From an uncultured bacterium (GTDB lineage: Bacteria > Krumholzibacteriota > Krumholzibacteriia > Krumholzibacteriales > Krumholzibacteriaceae): a DNA stretch of 64,000 bases. Position numbers and translations under genes: made by a program. This document shows positions 29,853 to 38,277 of the stretch, in pieces. How positions within the stretch are numbered: the first letter of the stretch is position 1; every line of letters begins with the position of its first letter. The notes beneath the pieces were generated by a model. That model worked only from the letters and a program-made list of their open reading frames with translations. It had not been told where the DNA came from and searched no databases. The stretch covers positions 457,050-521,049 of the forward strand of contig CAVVEY010000007.1 of NCBI GenBank assembly GCA_963747385.1, written 5' to 3'.

Positions 29853-30632
29853 ATGGACGCCGAAAAAACGATCCTCGTAACCAACGACGACGGGATCGCC
29901 GCCGAGGGCCTCGAAGCGCTCGAGCGCGCCCTCGGGGGGATAGGCCGCGTCATAATCGTCGCCCCCGAGCAGGAGCAGAGCGCGTCGAGCCATGCGATAA
30001 CCCTCGACAAGCCGCTCAGGATCAAGGAACACTCACCGTCGAGATTCAGCGTTTCGGGCACTCCCACCGATTGCGTCATTCTGGCCGTTCACGGGATTCT
30101 CGCGCACAAGCCCGACCTCGTCGTCTCCGGGATCAATCACGGGCCCAACATGGGGGAGGATGTCACGTATTCCGGCACGGTCGCCGCGGCGATCGAAGGG
30201 TGCATTCTCGGCATCAATTCGATGGCGGTATCGCTCGCCACGTGGGAAAAAATTTCGTTCGACGGCGCCGCGAGCGCGGCGCGGCAGCTCGCTCGCTCGC
30301 TCGTCGCCATGAAAGGCGGCAAAGCCAGGCTTTGGAACGTGAACGTCCCCGCGATTCCCGCGACCGCAATCAAGGGGTTCAGGGTGGCCAGGCTCGGCTC
30401 GCGCGTATACAACGATATCATCGTCAGGAAGAAGGATCCGCGGGGAAAGGACTACTTCTGGATCGGCGGGGCGGAGCCCGGATGGAACGCCGGCGAAAAC
30501 ACCGATTTCGCGGCCGTAAGCGCGGGATTCGTTTCGATCACGCCGCTGAGGCTCGATTTCACCGACACCGAGGGCATCGTCGAGCTGGAGGAACACGGGC
30601 TCGCATGGAATCCGGAAATCATTACGCGATAG
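29853..30632 (+). CDS. surE: 5'/3'-nucleotidase SurE
   Basis: 259-aa ORF with ILVTNDDGI, SGINHGPNMGEDVTYSGTVAAA and ITPL. Confidence 0.95.
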   Translation: MDAEKTILVTNDDGIAAEGLEALERALGGIGRVIIVAPEQEQSASSHAITLDKPLRIKEHSPSRFSVSGTPTDCVILAVHGILAHKPDLVVSGINHGPNMGEDVTYSGTVAAAIEGCILGINSMAVSLATWEKISFDGAASAARQLARSLVAMKGGKARLWNVNVPAIPATAIKGFRVARLGSRVYNDIIVRKKDPRGKDYFWIGGAEPGWNAGENTDFAAVSAGFVSITPLRLDFTDTEGIVELEEHGLAWNPEIITR

Positions 30633-31246
30633 CGCGCCGCCGCATGGTGACCGAGCAGCTCCGGGCGCGGGGAATCACCGATGAACGCGTTCTCGATGCG
30701 TTCCTCGCCGTGCCGCGCCACCGCTTCGTCGACGCCGCGATCGGCAGCAGGGCCTACGACGACTGCTCGTTTCCGATCGGGTACGATCAGACTATTTCCC
30801 AGCCCTATACGATCGCTTTCATGGTTCAGTCGCTCGAGGTGAAGCGGTTGAGCCGCGTGCTCGAGATCGGAACGGGGTCGGGCTATCAGACCGCGATACT
30901 CTCGCTTCTCGCCCATGACGTGTTTTCGATCGAGCGTCTCGCTCCGCTCCTGAAGAAGGCGGAAGGCGTCCTGGGCGGAATCCGGACAGGAAGCATCCGC
31001 GTGAAGGTGGCCGACGGCGCCCTCGGCTGGGCGAGCTACGCCCCGTTCGATCGTATCGTCGTTTCCGCGGCGATGCAGGAGCGTCCGCTGAAGCTCCTCG
31101 ATCAGCTTGCCGACGGCGGCCGGCTCATCGCGCCCATCAGCGAGAGCGCCGAGTGCATCGTTCTCTTCGCGAAACAGGGGGGCAACGTCACGGAGCAGCG
31201 TCTCGCCCGGTGTTCATTCGTCCCTCTTCTGAAAGGAGAAGGATAG
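30605..31246 (+). CDS. pcm: Protein-L-isoaspartate O-methyltransferase
   Basis: C-terminal part of track ORF 29777..31246 with AVPRHRFV, TISQPYTIAFM, VLEIGTGSGYQTA and GGRLIAPI. ATG 30605 overlaps the surE end; ATG 30644 is the alternative start. Confidence 0.9.
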   Translation: MESGNHYAIARRRMVTEQLRARGITDERVLDAFLAVPRHRFVDAAIGSRAYDDCSFPIGYDQTISQPYTIAFMVQSLEVKRLSRVLEIGTGSGYQTAILSLLAHDVFSIERLAPLLKKAEGVLGGIRTGSIRVKVADGALGWASYAPFDRIVVSAAMQERPLKLLDQLADGGRLIAPISESAECIVLFAKQGGNVTEQRLARCSFVPLLKGEG

Positions 31247-31756
31247 GTGGATTTCCTCCTCTTGACGACGGCGCTCTCTCACCGGCTCTGGACTTTTCTC
31301 ATCGCGATGATTCCCCTCGCGGAGCTCAGGGGATCCATACCGTATGCCATCTTCCACCTGAAGATGCACTGGCAGGAAGCCCTTGTTCTTTCGATTCTCG
31401 GAAATTTCGTTCCGGTGATCCCCATTCTCTTCTTCCTCGAGCGCTTCACGGAACGGCTTATGAAGTATCCCCGATTGAATCGATTCATGACCTGGACCTT
31501 CAACAGAACCCGCAGCAAGAGCTCGGCGATCGAGAAGTTCGAGGCGATGGGGCTCTCTCTTTTCGTCGGCGTGCCGCTTCCGTTCACGGGGGCGTGGTCG
31601 GGATGCGTCGCCGCCTACCTTTTCCGCATTCCGATGCGCCACTCGATTCCGGCGATCTTCGGTGGAATCCTCATCGCCGGCGTGCTGGTGACGCTTGTTT
31701 GTCTCGGCGTCATTCGGGGCGCCGATATATTTCTGGGACATTGGGGCCGCGGCTGA
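31247..31756 (+). CDS. Small membrane protein of the putative small multidrug export family (COG2426-like)
   Basis: 169-aa ORF with a GTG start directly after the pcm stop. It has 4-5 hydrophobic helices and IPLAELRGSIPYA, PLPFTGAWSG motifs that I associate with this family. Confidence 0.55.
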   Translation: MDFLLLTTALSHRLWTFLIAMIPLAELRGSIPYAIFHLKMHWQEALVLSILGNFVPVIPILFFLERFTERLMKYPRLNRFMTWTFNRTRSKSSAIEKFEAMGLSLFVGVPLPFTGAWSGCVAAYLFRIPMRHSIPAIFGGILIAGVLVTLVCLGVIRGADIFLGHWGRG

Positions 31757-31817
31757 GAGGGCGGGCAATAAATTCCTTTGAGATATTCCGTGCCAGATGT
31801 TATGCTTACGGTTGGGT

Positions 31818-31895
31818 CGGGGCGTAGCGCAGCCCGGTTAGCGCGCCTGGTTCGGGACCAGGAGGTCGGTGGTTCAACTCCACTCGCCCCGACCA
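31818..31895 (+). tRNA. tRNA-Pro (anticodon CGG), CCA encoded
   Basis: Acceptor CGGGGCG/CGCCCCG, anticodon stem CCTGG/CCAGG, loop TTCGGGA, T-loop GGTTCAACTCC. Confidence 0.9.
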
Positions 31896-31921
31896 ATTTT
31901 TTCTCCCCCTTCAATCGGAAC

Positions 31922-32485
31922 ATGAGTAACTCCGCCATGCTGCTCATCGCCGCCGTTCTTTCGGCGATGTGCGTTCTGGACGGATGCGCCCCGGCGCCGA
32001 AATACCGCTCCCATCCGGAGAGCCTGCCAATCGGCCCTCAAGAGACCGTTTCGCGCGATCGCGCCGAAGTCGCCGACCTTGGCATCGGACTATTACCTCC
32101 CGTGAAGAAATTCAGCCTCGCGCGCATCACGAGCCCCTTCGGGCGACCGCCCGCGAACGCCCGGAGGCACGACGGCGTCGATATCAAAGCACGTCCGGGA
32201 GAGGAGGTCCTGGCGGCCGCTTCCGGAACTGTCGTTTTTTCCGGACACAAGCGGGGATACGGAACCGTCGTGATTATCGATCACGGAAGGGGCGTGAGCA
32301 CCCTGTACGCCCATCTGTTCCACGCGAGCGTCCGAGAGGGAGAATCGGTCGGGACGGGAGAGACCGTCGGCCGGGCAGGCAAGCGCGGCAGAGCGACGGG
32401 AACGCACCTGCATTTCGAGGTGAGGCGGAGCGGATCTCCGATCGATCCGGTGCCTCACCTTTGGCTTGATTCAGGCGGGGGATAG
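31922..32485 (+). CDS. nlpD: M23 family metallopeptidase lipoprotein (NlpD-like)
   Basis: Internal ATG 31922 of track ORF 31778..32485. It has a signal peptide with a lipobox (AVLSAMCVLDGC) and M23 motifs HDGVDI and GTHLHFEV. It occupies the nlpD slot between pcm and an rpoS-like gene. Confidence 0.75.
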   Translation: MSNSAMLLIAAVLSAMCVLDGCAPAPKYRSHPESLPIGPQETVSRDRAEVADLGIGLLPPVKKFSLARITSPFGRPPANARRHDGVDIKARPGEEVLAAASGTVVFSGHKRGYGTVVIIDHGRGVSTLYAHLFHASVREGESVGTGETVGRAGKRGRATGTHLHFEVRRSGSPIDPVPHLWLDSGGG

Positions 32486-32493
32486 GCGTCATA

Positions 32494-33348
32494 ATGGGAA
32501 TCATGGATTCCAGGCGTGAGGATGATGCAATTCAGAGACGCTACCTCAAGGAGATCAACCGGTATCCATTGCTCTCCGCAGAAGAGGAGATCGACCTCGC
32601 TCGCGAGGCGCGAAACGGGGACGTCGAGGCGCGCAGGAAGCTCATCGTCGCCAATCTCCGGCTCGTCATAACGATTGCCCGGACCTTCTCTTCGTACGGC
32701 GTTCCGTTCCTCGACCTGGTCGAGGAGGGCAACCTGGGCCTTATCAAAGCCGTTGGGAGGTTCGATCCGGACAGGGGCTTTCGATTCAGCACCTACGCGT
32801 CATGGTGGATTCGGCAATCGATCGTGCGGGCCATTTCGAATTCCTCGCGAACTATCCGCATTCCCATCCATGTGTTTCAGCTCATGACGCGATATATTTC
32901 CCTCTCGCAGGAAGCGGGGATCGAGAAACTGTCGACGGAAGATAAGGCCAAGCGTCTCAAGATATCGACGAAACGATATCGCATGCTCGTGGAGCTCGTC
33001 GAGAATATCCGCGCGCTCGATCTCGCGAGCAGTATCGACGCGTACGAGCAGCTGACACGCTCCATCGAACCGGAAACCGGCACCGATCCGGAAAAGATCA
33101 TTCTTCAGCAGATGGAAAACGAAAGCTTCGCGGAGATCATGGAACGCCTCTCGGACAGGGAGAAGCTGATACTTCGTATCAGATACGGTTTTGACGACGG
33201 AGAGCCGCATACCCTCGCGGAGACCGGAAATGCGGTCAAAGTCTCCCGCGAGCGCGTTCGCCAGCTCGAGATGAGGGCGCTCCGCAAGCTCCGTTCTCTG
33301 CTCGGCGGGTCGAGGGAGGCGTCCGAGAATCGCAAGGAGGAGCGATGA
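32494..33348 (+). CDS. rpoS: Sigma-70 family RNA polymerase sigma factor, RpoS-like (group 2)
   Basis: 284-aa ORF. Region 2 reads FRFSTYASWWIRQSIVRAISNSSRTIRIPIHV, and the region 4 HTH reads TLAETGNAVKVSRERVRQLEMRALRKL. The surE-pcm-nlpD-rpoS order matches the enterobacterial operon. Confidence 0.75.
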   Translation: MGIMDSRREDDAIQRRYLKEINRYPLLSAEEEIDLAREARNGDVEARRKLIVANLRLVITIARTFSSYGVPFLDLVEEGNLGLIKAVGRFDPDRGFRFSTYASWWIRQSIVRAISNSSRTIRIPIHVFQLMTRYISLSQEAGIEKLSTEDKAKRLKISTKRYRMLVELVENIRALDLASSIDAYEQLTRSIEPETGTDPEKIILQQMENESFAEIMERLSDREKLILRIRYGFDDGEPHTLAETGNAVKVSRERVRQLEMRALRKLRSLLGGSREASENRKEER

Positions 33349-33863
33349 ACGAACCTTTGAAAGAATTCATCAGGGATGTCCCCGATTTTCCGAAGCGCGG
33401 CATCCTTTTCAGGGACATCACGCCCGCGTTGCTCGATCCGGGCGCCTTCGCGGCGATCTGCGACGAACTCCACGCGCATTGCAGGGCCATGGCCGTACAC
33501 AAGGTGGCGGCGGTCGAATCGAGGGGATTCATCTTCGCGTCGGTTCTCGCCTACAAGATGGGAATCGGATTCGTCCCGCTGAGAAAGCCGGGCAAACTCC
33601 CCTGGAAGACGATTCAGGAGAAATATTCGCTCGAGTACGGCGAGGCGGCGATCGAGATGCATATCGACGCGGTGTCGCCGGGCGAGAGGATACTCCTCCT
33701 CGACGATCTTCTCGCGACGGGAGGAACCGCAGCCGCGGCCGCTCGACTCATCGAGCGCCAGGGAGGGGTCGTCGAGGAGCTCGTCTTTCTCATCGAGCTC
33801 GCCGCCCTCGACGGCAGAAAGAATCTCAAAGATCGGAGAATATTCAGTCTCATGACGTACTGA
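33345..33863 (+). CDS. apt: Adenine phosphoribosyltransferase
   Basis: 172-aa ORF with DFPKRGILFRDITP and the PRPP motif ILLLDDLLATGGTAAA. Confidence 0.95.
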   Translation: MNEPLKEFIRDVPDFPKRGILFRDITPALLDPGAFAAICDELHAHCRAMAVHKVAAVESRGFIFASVLAYKMGIGFVPLRKPGKLPWKTIQEKYSLEYGEAAIEMHIDAVSPGERILLLDDLLATGGTAAAAARLIERQGGVVEELVFLIELAALDGRKNLKDRRIFSLMTY

Positions 33864-33927
33864 GTATCTCGATTTCATTTGCGAATCGCGCCCGCGGTCG
33901 ATAGAATACAGAGTCTCTCGGTTCGTT

Positions 33928-34004
33928 GCCCCCGTAGCTCAGATGGATAGAGCAGCGGTTTCCTAAACCGTTTGTCGGACGTTCGAATCGTCTCGGGGGC
34001 ACCA
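33928..34004 (+). tRNA. tRNA-Arg (anticodon CCT), CCA encoded
   Basis: Acceptor GCCCCCG/CGGGGGC, anticodon stem GCGGT/ACCGT, loop TTCCTAA, T-loop GTTCGAATC. Confidence 0.9.
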
Positions 34005-34011
34005 AAATAAT

Positions 34012-34058
34012 AAAGGGAATTGTCCTGCGCGATGCGCAAACGGCAATTCCCTTTTTTT
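34012..34058 (+). terminator. Rho-independent terminator after tRNA-Arg(CCT)
   Basis: Stem AAAGGGAATTG / CAATTCCCTTT with an inner TGCGC-GAT-GCGCA hairpin in the loop, followed by a T7 run. Confidence 0.7.
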
Positions 34059-34733
34059 CCAACGAGACCGGGAGACAACTACCTTGCGTGACGTGTCTCA
34101 ACCGCCCTTCAGAGGCCTAACGCAGCAAGATCGCTTCGCTTCAAAGGTTGGCTTGAGAGCAGACGGATCACGAGCGCGTAGTCCGCTCCTTGTCTCGTTA
34201 CGACGGATTATAGACTTTAGAAACGCCATGTCAAGAAAATAATGACGTTTATTATCATAATATATCTACATAAATGGTAATAAGTTGCATGTACTATATC
34301 ATGTGGGACATTAATATATTTCAATTGCGTGACAAACGTGCTCGACGCAACGAGGATCGATACCCTGCAGAGCGTCGTCGCGCGGCCGCCGGGAGGCGAA
34401 GCGCGAGAGGGCGGGTCCAGCCCCTTCTTCCCAAAAATAAATGTTCCCGATGATACATGACAGCATCAGCGGGAACATTCACTTCTGCGAGCCGGACTCG
34501 ATACCGCCGACTCAGCGGAGCCACCACAGGAGGTCAATGATCATGCACCATGCAAACATGGCTATCACCCCCTGAAAGGTCACGGAAGCCTTCTTCACGT
34601 TTCAACAACCCATCCCCTGACCTTGCAAAAAGGAGATGGAGCATATGCCATGCCCGCGGCGGCGGCTCCCTCGTGGGAAGCGCGAGAACCCTTTGAATGG
34701 CACGGAGATACGATGAAGTAATCGGCAACGGAT

Positions 34734-37205
34734 CTATGAGCTCTTTCGGCGAAGAAGAACGACAGTCATATCATCCTTCAAACTATTCTGGCCAAATGCA
34801 AGCAAAGTGGCAAATAACCTCTCGATGAGGGCGTCGATCGATTGTTGTGCGCTATTCCTGAAGAATTCTATCAATCGATGCTCTCCGAAAGGCTCGCCGC
34901 CCGGGCTTTCCTGGTCGATGATTCCATCGGTATAGATGACAAGCAGGTCACCGTACTTCAGCTTGAGAACGCCTTCATTGTACGCGCTGTCACGCTCGAC
35001 GCCGATCAGGATACCACCTCGCTGGAGTCTGTTGACCCTGCTATCCGAAGATAACACGAACGGCGGATACGACCCGGCGTTCGAATAGCGAACGACGCCG
35101 CTCGCGTCCTCATAAACGGCGTAGAAGAGCGTCGCGAATTTCTCCGCGTCGCTTCGCTCGTAGAGAGAGGTATTGAGGCTCGTGATGACCGCCGCGGGGC
35201 TGTCCGACTTCGGGCCGTCGCTCCTGAGCGAAGCCTGTATCGTCGTCATGAGAAGCGCCGCGGGAATGCCCTTGCCCGATACGTCGGCGACGGCGATACC
35301 GATCTTCCCCTCTTCGAGCTCGAGGAAATCGTAGAAATCCCCTCCGACCTCGCGGCTCGTCTTGATCCCGCCGAGGAGTTCCGAAGCTGCGAGCGGGGGA
35401 GGGGATGCGGGAAGCAGGCGGGACTGGATATCGCTCGCCAGATGGAGCTCCTCTTCGAGCTTTTCTTTTTCGATGGAATCCCTGCAGAGCTTGACGTTCA
35501 TGAGCGCGACCGCGCTCCGCTCCCCGAGGAGCTCGAAGATCTCGCTGTCCAGACGAGTATACGGTTTGCCGGAGCCCTTGCGCCCGACGAGCAGAAATCC
35601 GAAGAGCTCGTCCTGCTCCATGAGGGGAACGGCCACCGATGCGCGCGAGATCGCAATGAGCTCGCGGGAGATCCCGTCGAAGTTATTCCTGATCCAGAGC
35701 CTGTCGAAGCATTCGAGCAGAATCGGCAAACGTTCCTCGCGCATGAGCGTAATGAGGTCCGTTCCGGGAGGAAACGAGGTGAGCGCCAGCCGTTTTTCCG
35801 GCGGCGCGCTCTCCCTCAGGGTGAAATTGCCGGATTCATCCCGCAGGAACAGGTGCGCGTGCTCGGCGCGGAAGACGGAGAGTATCCGCTCCGTGACGAA
35901 CGAGGCGATCTCCGCCACGGACAGAAGGTACTGAATCTGCCGGGAGAACGAGATGACCTCATCCTTGAAAGCCTTCCTGCTCTGGTAAAACGCCCGATCG
36001 ACCATTCTCTGAATCACGACGCGCGCAGGCACGATCGCGAGGGCCAGGACGATAATAGCGGCGCCGGTCACGAACGAGGCCTGCGGGCCGAAAATACGCT
36101 TCATCTCCTGTTCAAGCGCCGTAACAAAGGCGTAGTAGAGCGCGATGACGAAAACGAGCAGCATGACGTAGGCGATCGTTCTTCGCACGACCACACCCAG
36201 GTCGAGCGCGTCGTGTTTGAGAATCGCGTATGCGAACGATATCGGCATGAAGGAGAGGAAGAACGACCAGAGGTACCGGACTGGCACCGTTCCTGTCGGC
36301 AGAAACTGCTTGACCAGCATGAGGACGGTGATCGGCACGACGCCGAGCGCCACTCCGACGATGACGATTCCGAATTTCTGCCGTTGCGCCTTTTCCGACA
36401 CAAAGTAGGTTCTGACGAATACGGCAAGGCTCACGACCACGTAGCAGAGCCAATAGAGAATCGTGAGCGCGTTGAGGCCGCCGATGAGAGGGCCCAGGCG
36501 CGCCCCGCCCGAATACCGCCACAGAGCGAGAACGAACGTCGAGAGCGAAAGAATCGCGGGCGGAATGTAGAGAAAACCGATAAGCCGCCGCCGCCTGGTG
36601 CCGCGCTCGATCTCGCGTCCGGGAAAAAGGAGAAAGAAATGGAGAAAGAACGCGGGAAGGAAAATAAAGAGGAAATCGTACACGAGCTCTCCGGCGATGT
36701 GGAGAAAGGGCGCCTCGGTGATCGGGCGCTCCGTGATGAGAAAAGCGAACATGAGGCAATTCACCGAGAACAAGGCGCCGAGAATGTCGGATCGCTTCGC
36801 GAAGACGGTGACCCCCGCGAGGAGGAAGGTGAAGCCGACGACGAGGAGCGAGAATTTGCCCGACACGTGCCAGGCCGGCTGCGTCCCGCAGACCACATCG
36901 GTCCGGAACGTGGAATCTCCCCGCGCGAGCGTGAAGTCGAGCGGAGCCATGCCGCGGTTCGAAAAGACAAGGCTTGCGTAATGGTTCAAGTTCCTGGGGC
37001 TCTCGCCGTTGACGGCGAGGATTCGGTCGCCGGGCTCGAGCCCGAGGCCGCGGTTCGGGCTCGTCTGCTCGATCGCGCGGATCACGAAGTTGTAATGGAG
37101 GATTCCGGTGTAGGGCGACCGTGTAAAGTCCCGAAAGCCCAGCGATCCGAGCAGGGCGACGATCGCCGCGAGAACCACGATGGCGATCAGCGAAACCCTT
37201 GTCAT
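34734..37205 (-). CDS. Polytopic membrane PP2C-type (SpoIIE/RsbU-like) serine phosphatase with PDZ-like and GAF-like modules
   Basis: 823-aa ORF with an N-terminal TM segment, a PDZ-like part (GLEPGDRILAVNGESP), about 9 further TM helices, a GAF-like linker and a C-terminal PP2C domain (GGDFYDF, IAVADVSGKGIPAALLM, IYTDGIID, DDMTVVLL). Confidence 0.85.
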   Translation of the reverse strand: MTRVSLIAIVVLAAIVALLGSLGFRDFTRSPYTGILHYNFVIRAIEQTSPNRGLGLEPGDRILAVNGESPRNLNHYASLVFSNRGMAPLDFTLARGDSTFRTDVVCGTQPAWHVSGKFSLLVVGFTFLLAGVTVFAKRSDILGALFSVNCLMFAFLITERPITEAPFLHIAGELVYDFLFIFLPAFFLHFFLLFPGREIERGTRRRRLIGFLYIPPAILSLSTFVLALWRYSGGARLGPLIGGLNALTILYWLCYVVVSLAVFVRTYFVSEKAQRQKFGIVIVGVALGVVPITVLMLVKQFLPTGTVPVRYLWSFFLSFMPISFAYAILKHDALDLGVVVRRTIAYVMLLVFVIALYYAFVTALEQEMKRIFGPQASFVTGAAIIVLALAIVPARVVIQRMVDRAFYQSRKAFKDEVISFSRQIQYLLSVAEIASFVTERILSVFRAEHAHLFLRDESGNFTLRESAPPEKRLALTSFPPGTDLITLMREERLPILLECFDRLWIRNNFDGISRELIAISRASVAVPLMEQDELFGFLLVGRKGSGKPYTRLDSEIFELLGERSAVALMNVKLCRDSIEKEKLEEELHLASDIQSRLLPASPPPLAASELLGGIKTSREVGGDFYDFLELEEGKIGIAVADVSGKGIPAALLMTTIQASLRSDGPKSDSPAAVITSLNTSLYERSDAEKFATLFYAVYEDASGVVRYSNAGSYPPFVLSSDSRVNRLQRGGILIGVERDSAYNEGVLKLKYGDLLVIYTDGIIDQESPGGEPFGEHRLIEFFRNSAQQSIDALIERLFATLLAFGQNSLKDDMTVVLLRRKSS

Positions 37206-37277
37206 GGCCGCCTCCCCGTGCGGGATCGAATCCGCACGGAGCTTTGCAGACCGGCGCCGTTCCTGTCAAATTATTTC

Positions 37278-37305
37278 TTGGTTGCGCGGGATTTCTCTTG
37301 ATAAT
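37278..37305 (+). promoter_or_regulatory. Candidate sigma-70 promoter for the TPR anchor protein gene
   Basis: TTGGTT (37278-37283), 16-nt spacer, GATAAT (37300-37305), ~50 nt upstream of GTG 37355. Confidence 0.35.
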
Positions 37306-37354
37306 CCAGCAGATCGAGTGTTATTTAAATACGGGAGACAAGGAGGTAGCGAAC

Positions 37355-38023
37355 GTGGCAGCGGCACGAATTTCCAAAAAACAAATGAAAGAGGATACCT
37401 TCATCGCGACGACTCTGAAGACGTGGGAGTACGTCCGGGAACACGAAAGAAGATTCTTCATCGGCCTCATCGTGATTGTATGCGTCGTCGCCGTGGGTGG
37501 GTGGGCCGCCTATGCAAAGAGGCAGAGCAGGGAAAAGGCATCGAGCCGATTCGCCGACGCGCTTGCGTCGTACCGCACGGGCGACCTCAAAACGGCCGAT
37601 GAGCTCTTCGCGCTCGTCGTGAAGGAATACGGCGGCACGGAAGAGGGCGTATATGCGAACTTCTTTCTGGGAAAATGCAATCTCGAGAGCGGGAAATATC
37701 TCGACGCGATCCAGGCGTTCGAGCGCTACATCGCGAAAAGCGGGAGCCATGCGTTTTTCCATGACGCTGCGGTCGAAGGAAGGGCGGTGGCGCTCGAGAA
37801 CGAACATCGCTACGTCGAAGCCGGGGACGCGTACGCCGATCTTGCAAAGAACATCAAAACGAATCATTTCATGGAGACGGTCTATCTCAAGCGCGCGGCC
37901 GAGAACTATCGCCTCGGCGATCAGACGGAGAAGGCGATCGAGGTCCTGTCGGGGCTTCTCCCCAAAACGACGGGAACGGAGCGCCGCGACATCGAGATAG
38001 AGCTTGCGATCCTCCGCGGATGA
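37355..38023 (+). CDS. Membrane-anchored TPR-like protein (YfgM-like architecture)
   Basis: Internal GTG 37355 of track ORF 37199..38023, 8 nt after AGGAGG. It has a single TM helix (FFIGLIVIVCVVAVGGWAAY) followed by a helical-repeat domain. Confidence 0.5.
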   Translation: MAAARISKKQMKEDTFIATTLKTWEYVREHERRFFIGLIVIVCVVAVGGWAAYAKRQSREKASSRFADALASYRTGDLKTADELFALVVKEYGGTEEGVYANFFLGKCNLESGKYLDAIQAFERYIAKSGSHAFFHDAAVEGRAVALENEHRYVEAGDAYADLAKNIKTNHFMETVYLKRAAENYRLGDQTEKAIEVLSGLLPKTTGTERRDIEIELAILRG

Positions 38024-38162
38024 GCGAGCGGGGCGCTCGCTCTCTCCCGTGAGTATCTCTGTCAAGGCGCTCTCGGGGGTACCGCTGCCGAGATCCTGCC
38101 GTTCTTCGGGAAGCGCCGGGGGAAGGTTCCATGGTTTCACGGGCAGGAGGGTTAATTTTAGC

Positions 38163-38192
38163 TTGACAGGTTTTCGCTGTTGAATCTAGTCT
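38163..38192 (+). promoter_or_regulatory. Candidate sigma-70 promoter for the orphan secreted-protein gene
   Basis: TTGACA (38163-38168), 18-nt spacer, TAGTCT (38187-38192), within a locally AT-richer patch. Confidence 0.35.
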
Positions 38193-38277
38193 CCCGGCAG
38201 GGGGGATGGTGAAGTTCTTGCTACGGAGTATGGAAGAATGAGGAATAACGGGAAATGAACGGTAAGGAGGAGATGTG

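Noticed and set aside
33928-34330. Prophage or genomic island integrated at tRNA-Arg(CCT)
   Set aside because: There is no integrase, no phage or mobility gene and no visible direct repeat of the tRNA 3' end within the window. Only a short AT-rich patch remains, so at most this is a scar; it is reported as a low-key finding rather than as a mobile element.
34329-34721. In-frame TGA (34458-34460) in an otherwise open ~130-codon frame, considered as selenocysteine or UGA recoding
   Set aside because: TGA is used as an ordinary stop by many genes in this window (for example scpA, recognisable by its ATGGATGA overlap with scpB). No SECIS-like hairpin follows the codon, the translation matches no selenoprotein or other family, and the complementary frame is equally open, which indicates a compositional effect.
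35442-37301. Long antisense or alternative-frame ORFs opposite real genes (35442..37301 +, 45207..47159 +, 58725..60407 +, 58771..60636 -, 18309..19919 -, 39313..40785 +, 43658..45163 +, 7320..8702 -, 6089..7456 -)
   Set aside because: Each is fully covered by a gene with strong family signatures on the other strand or in another frame. Their compositions are dominated by R, D, E, G and P, as expected for shadow frames. No independent start context or motif supports them.
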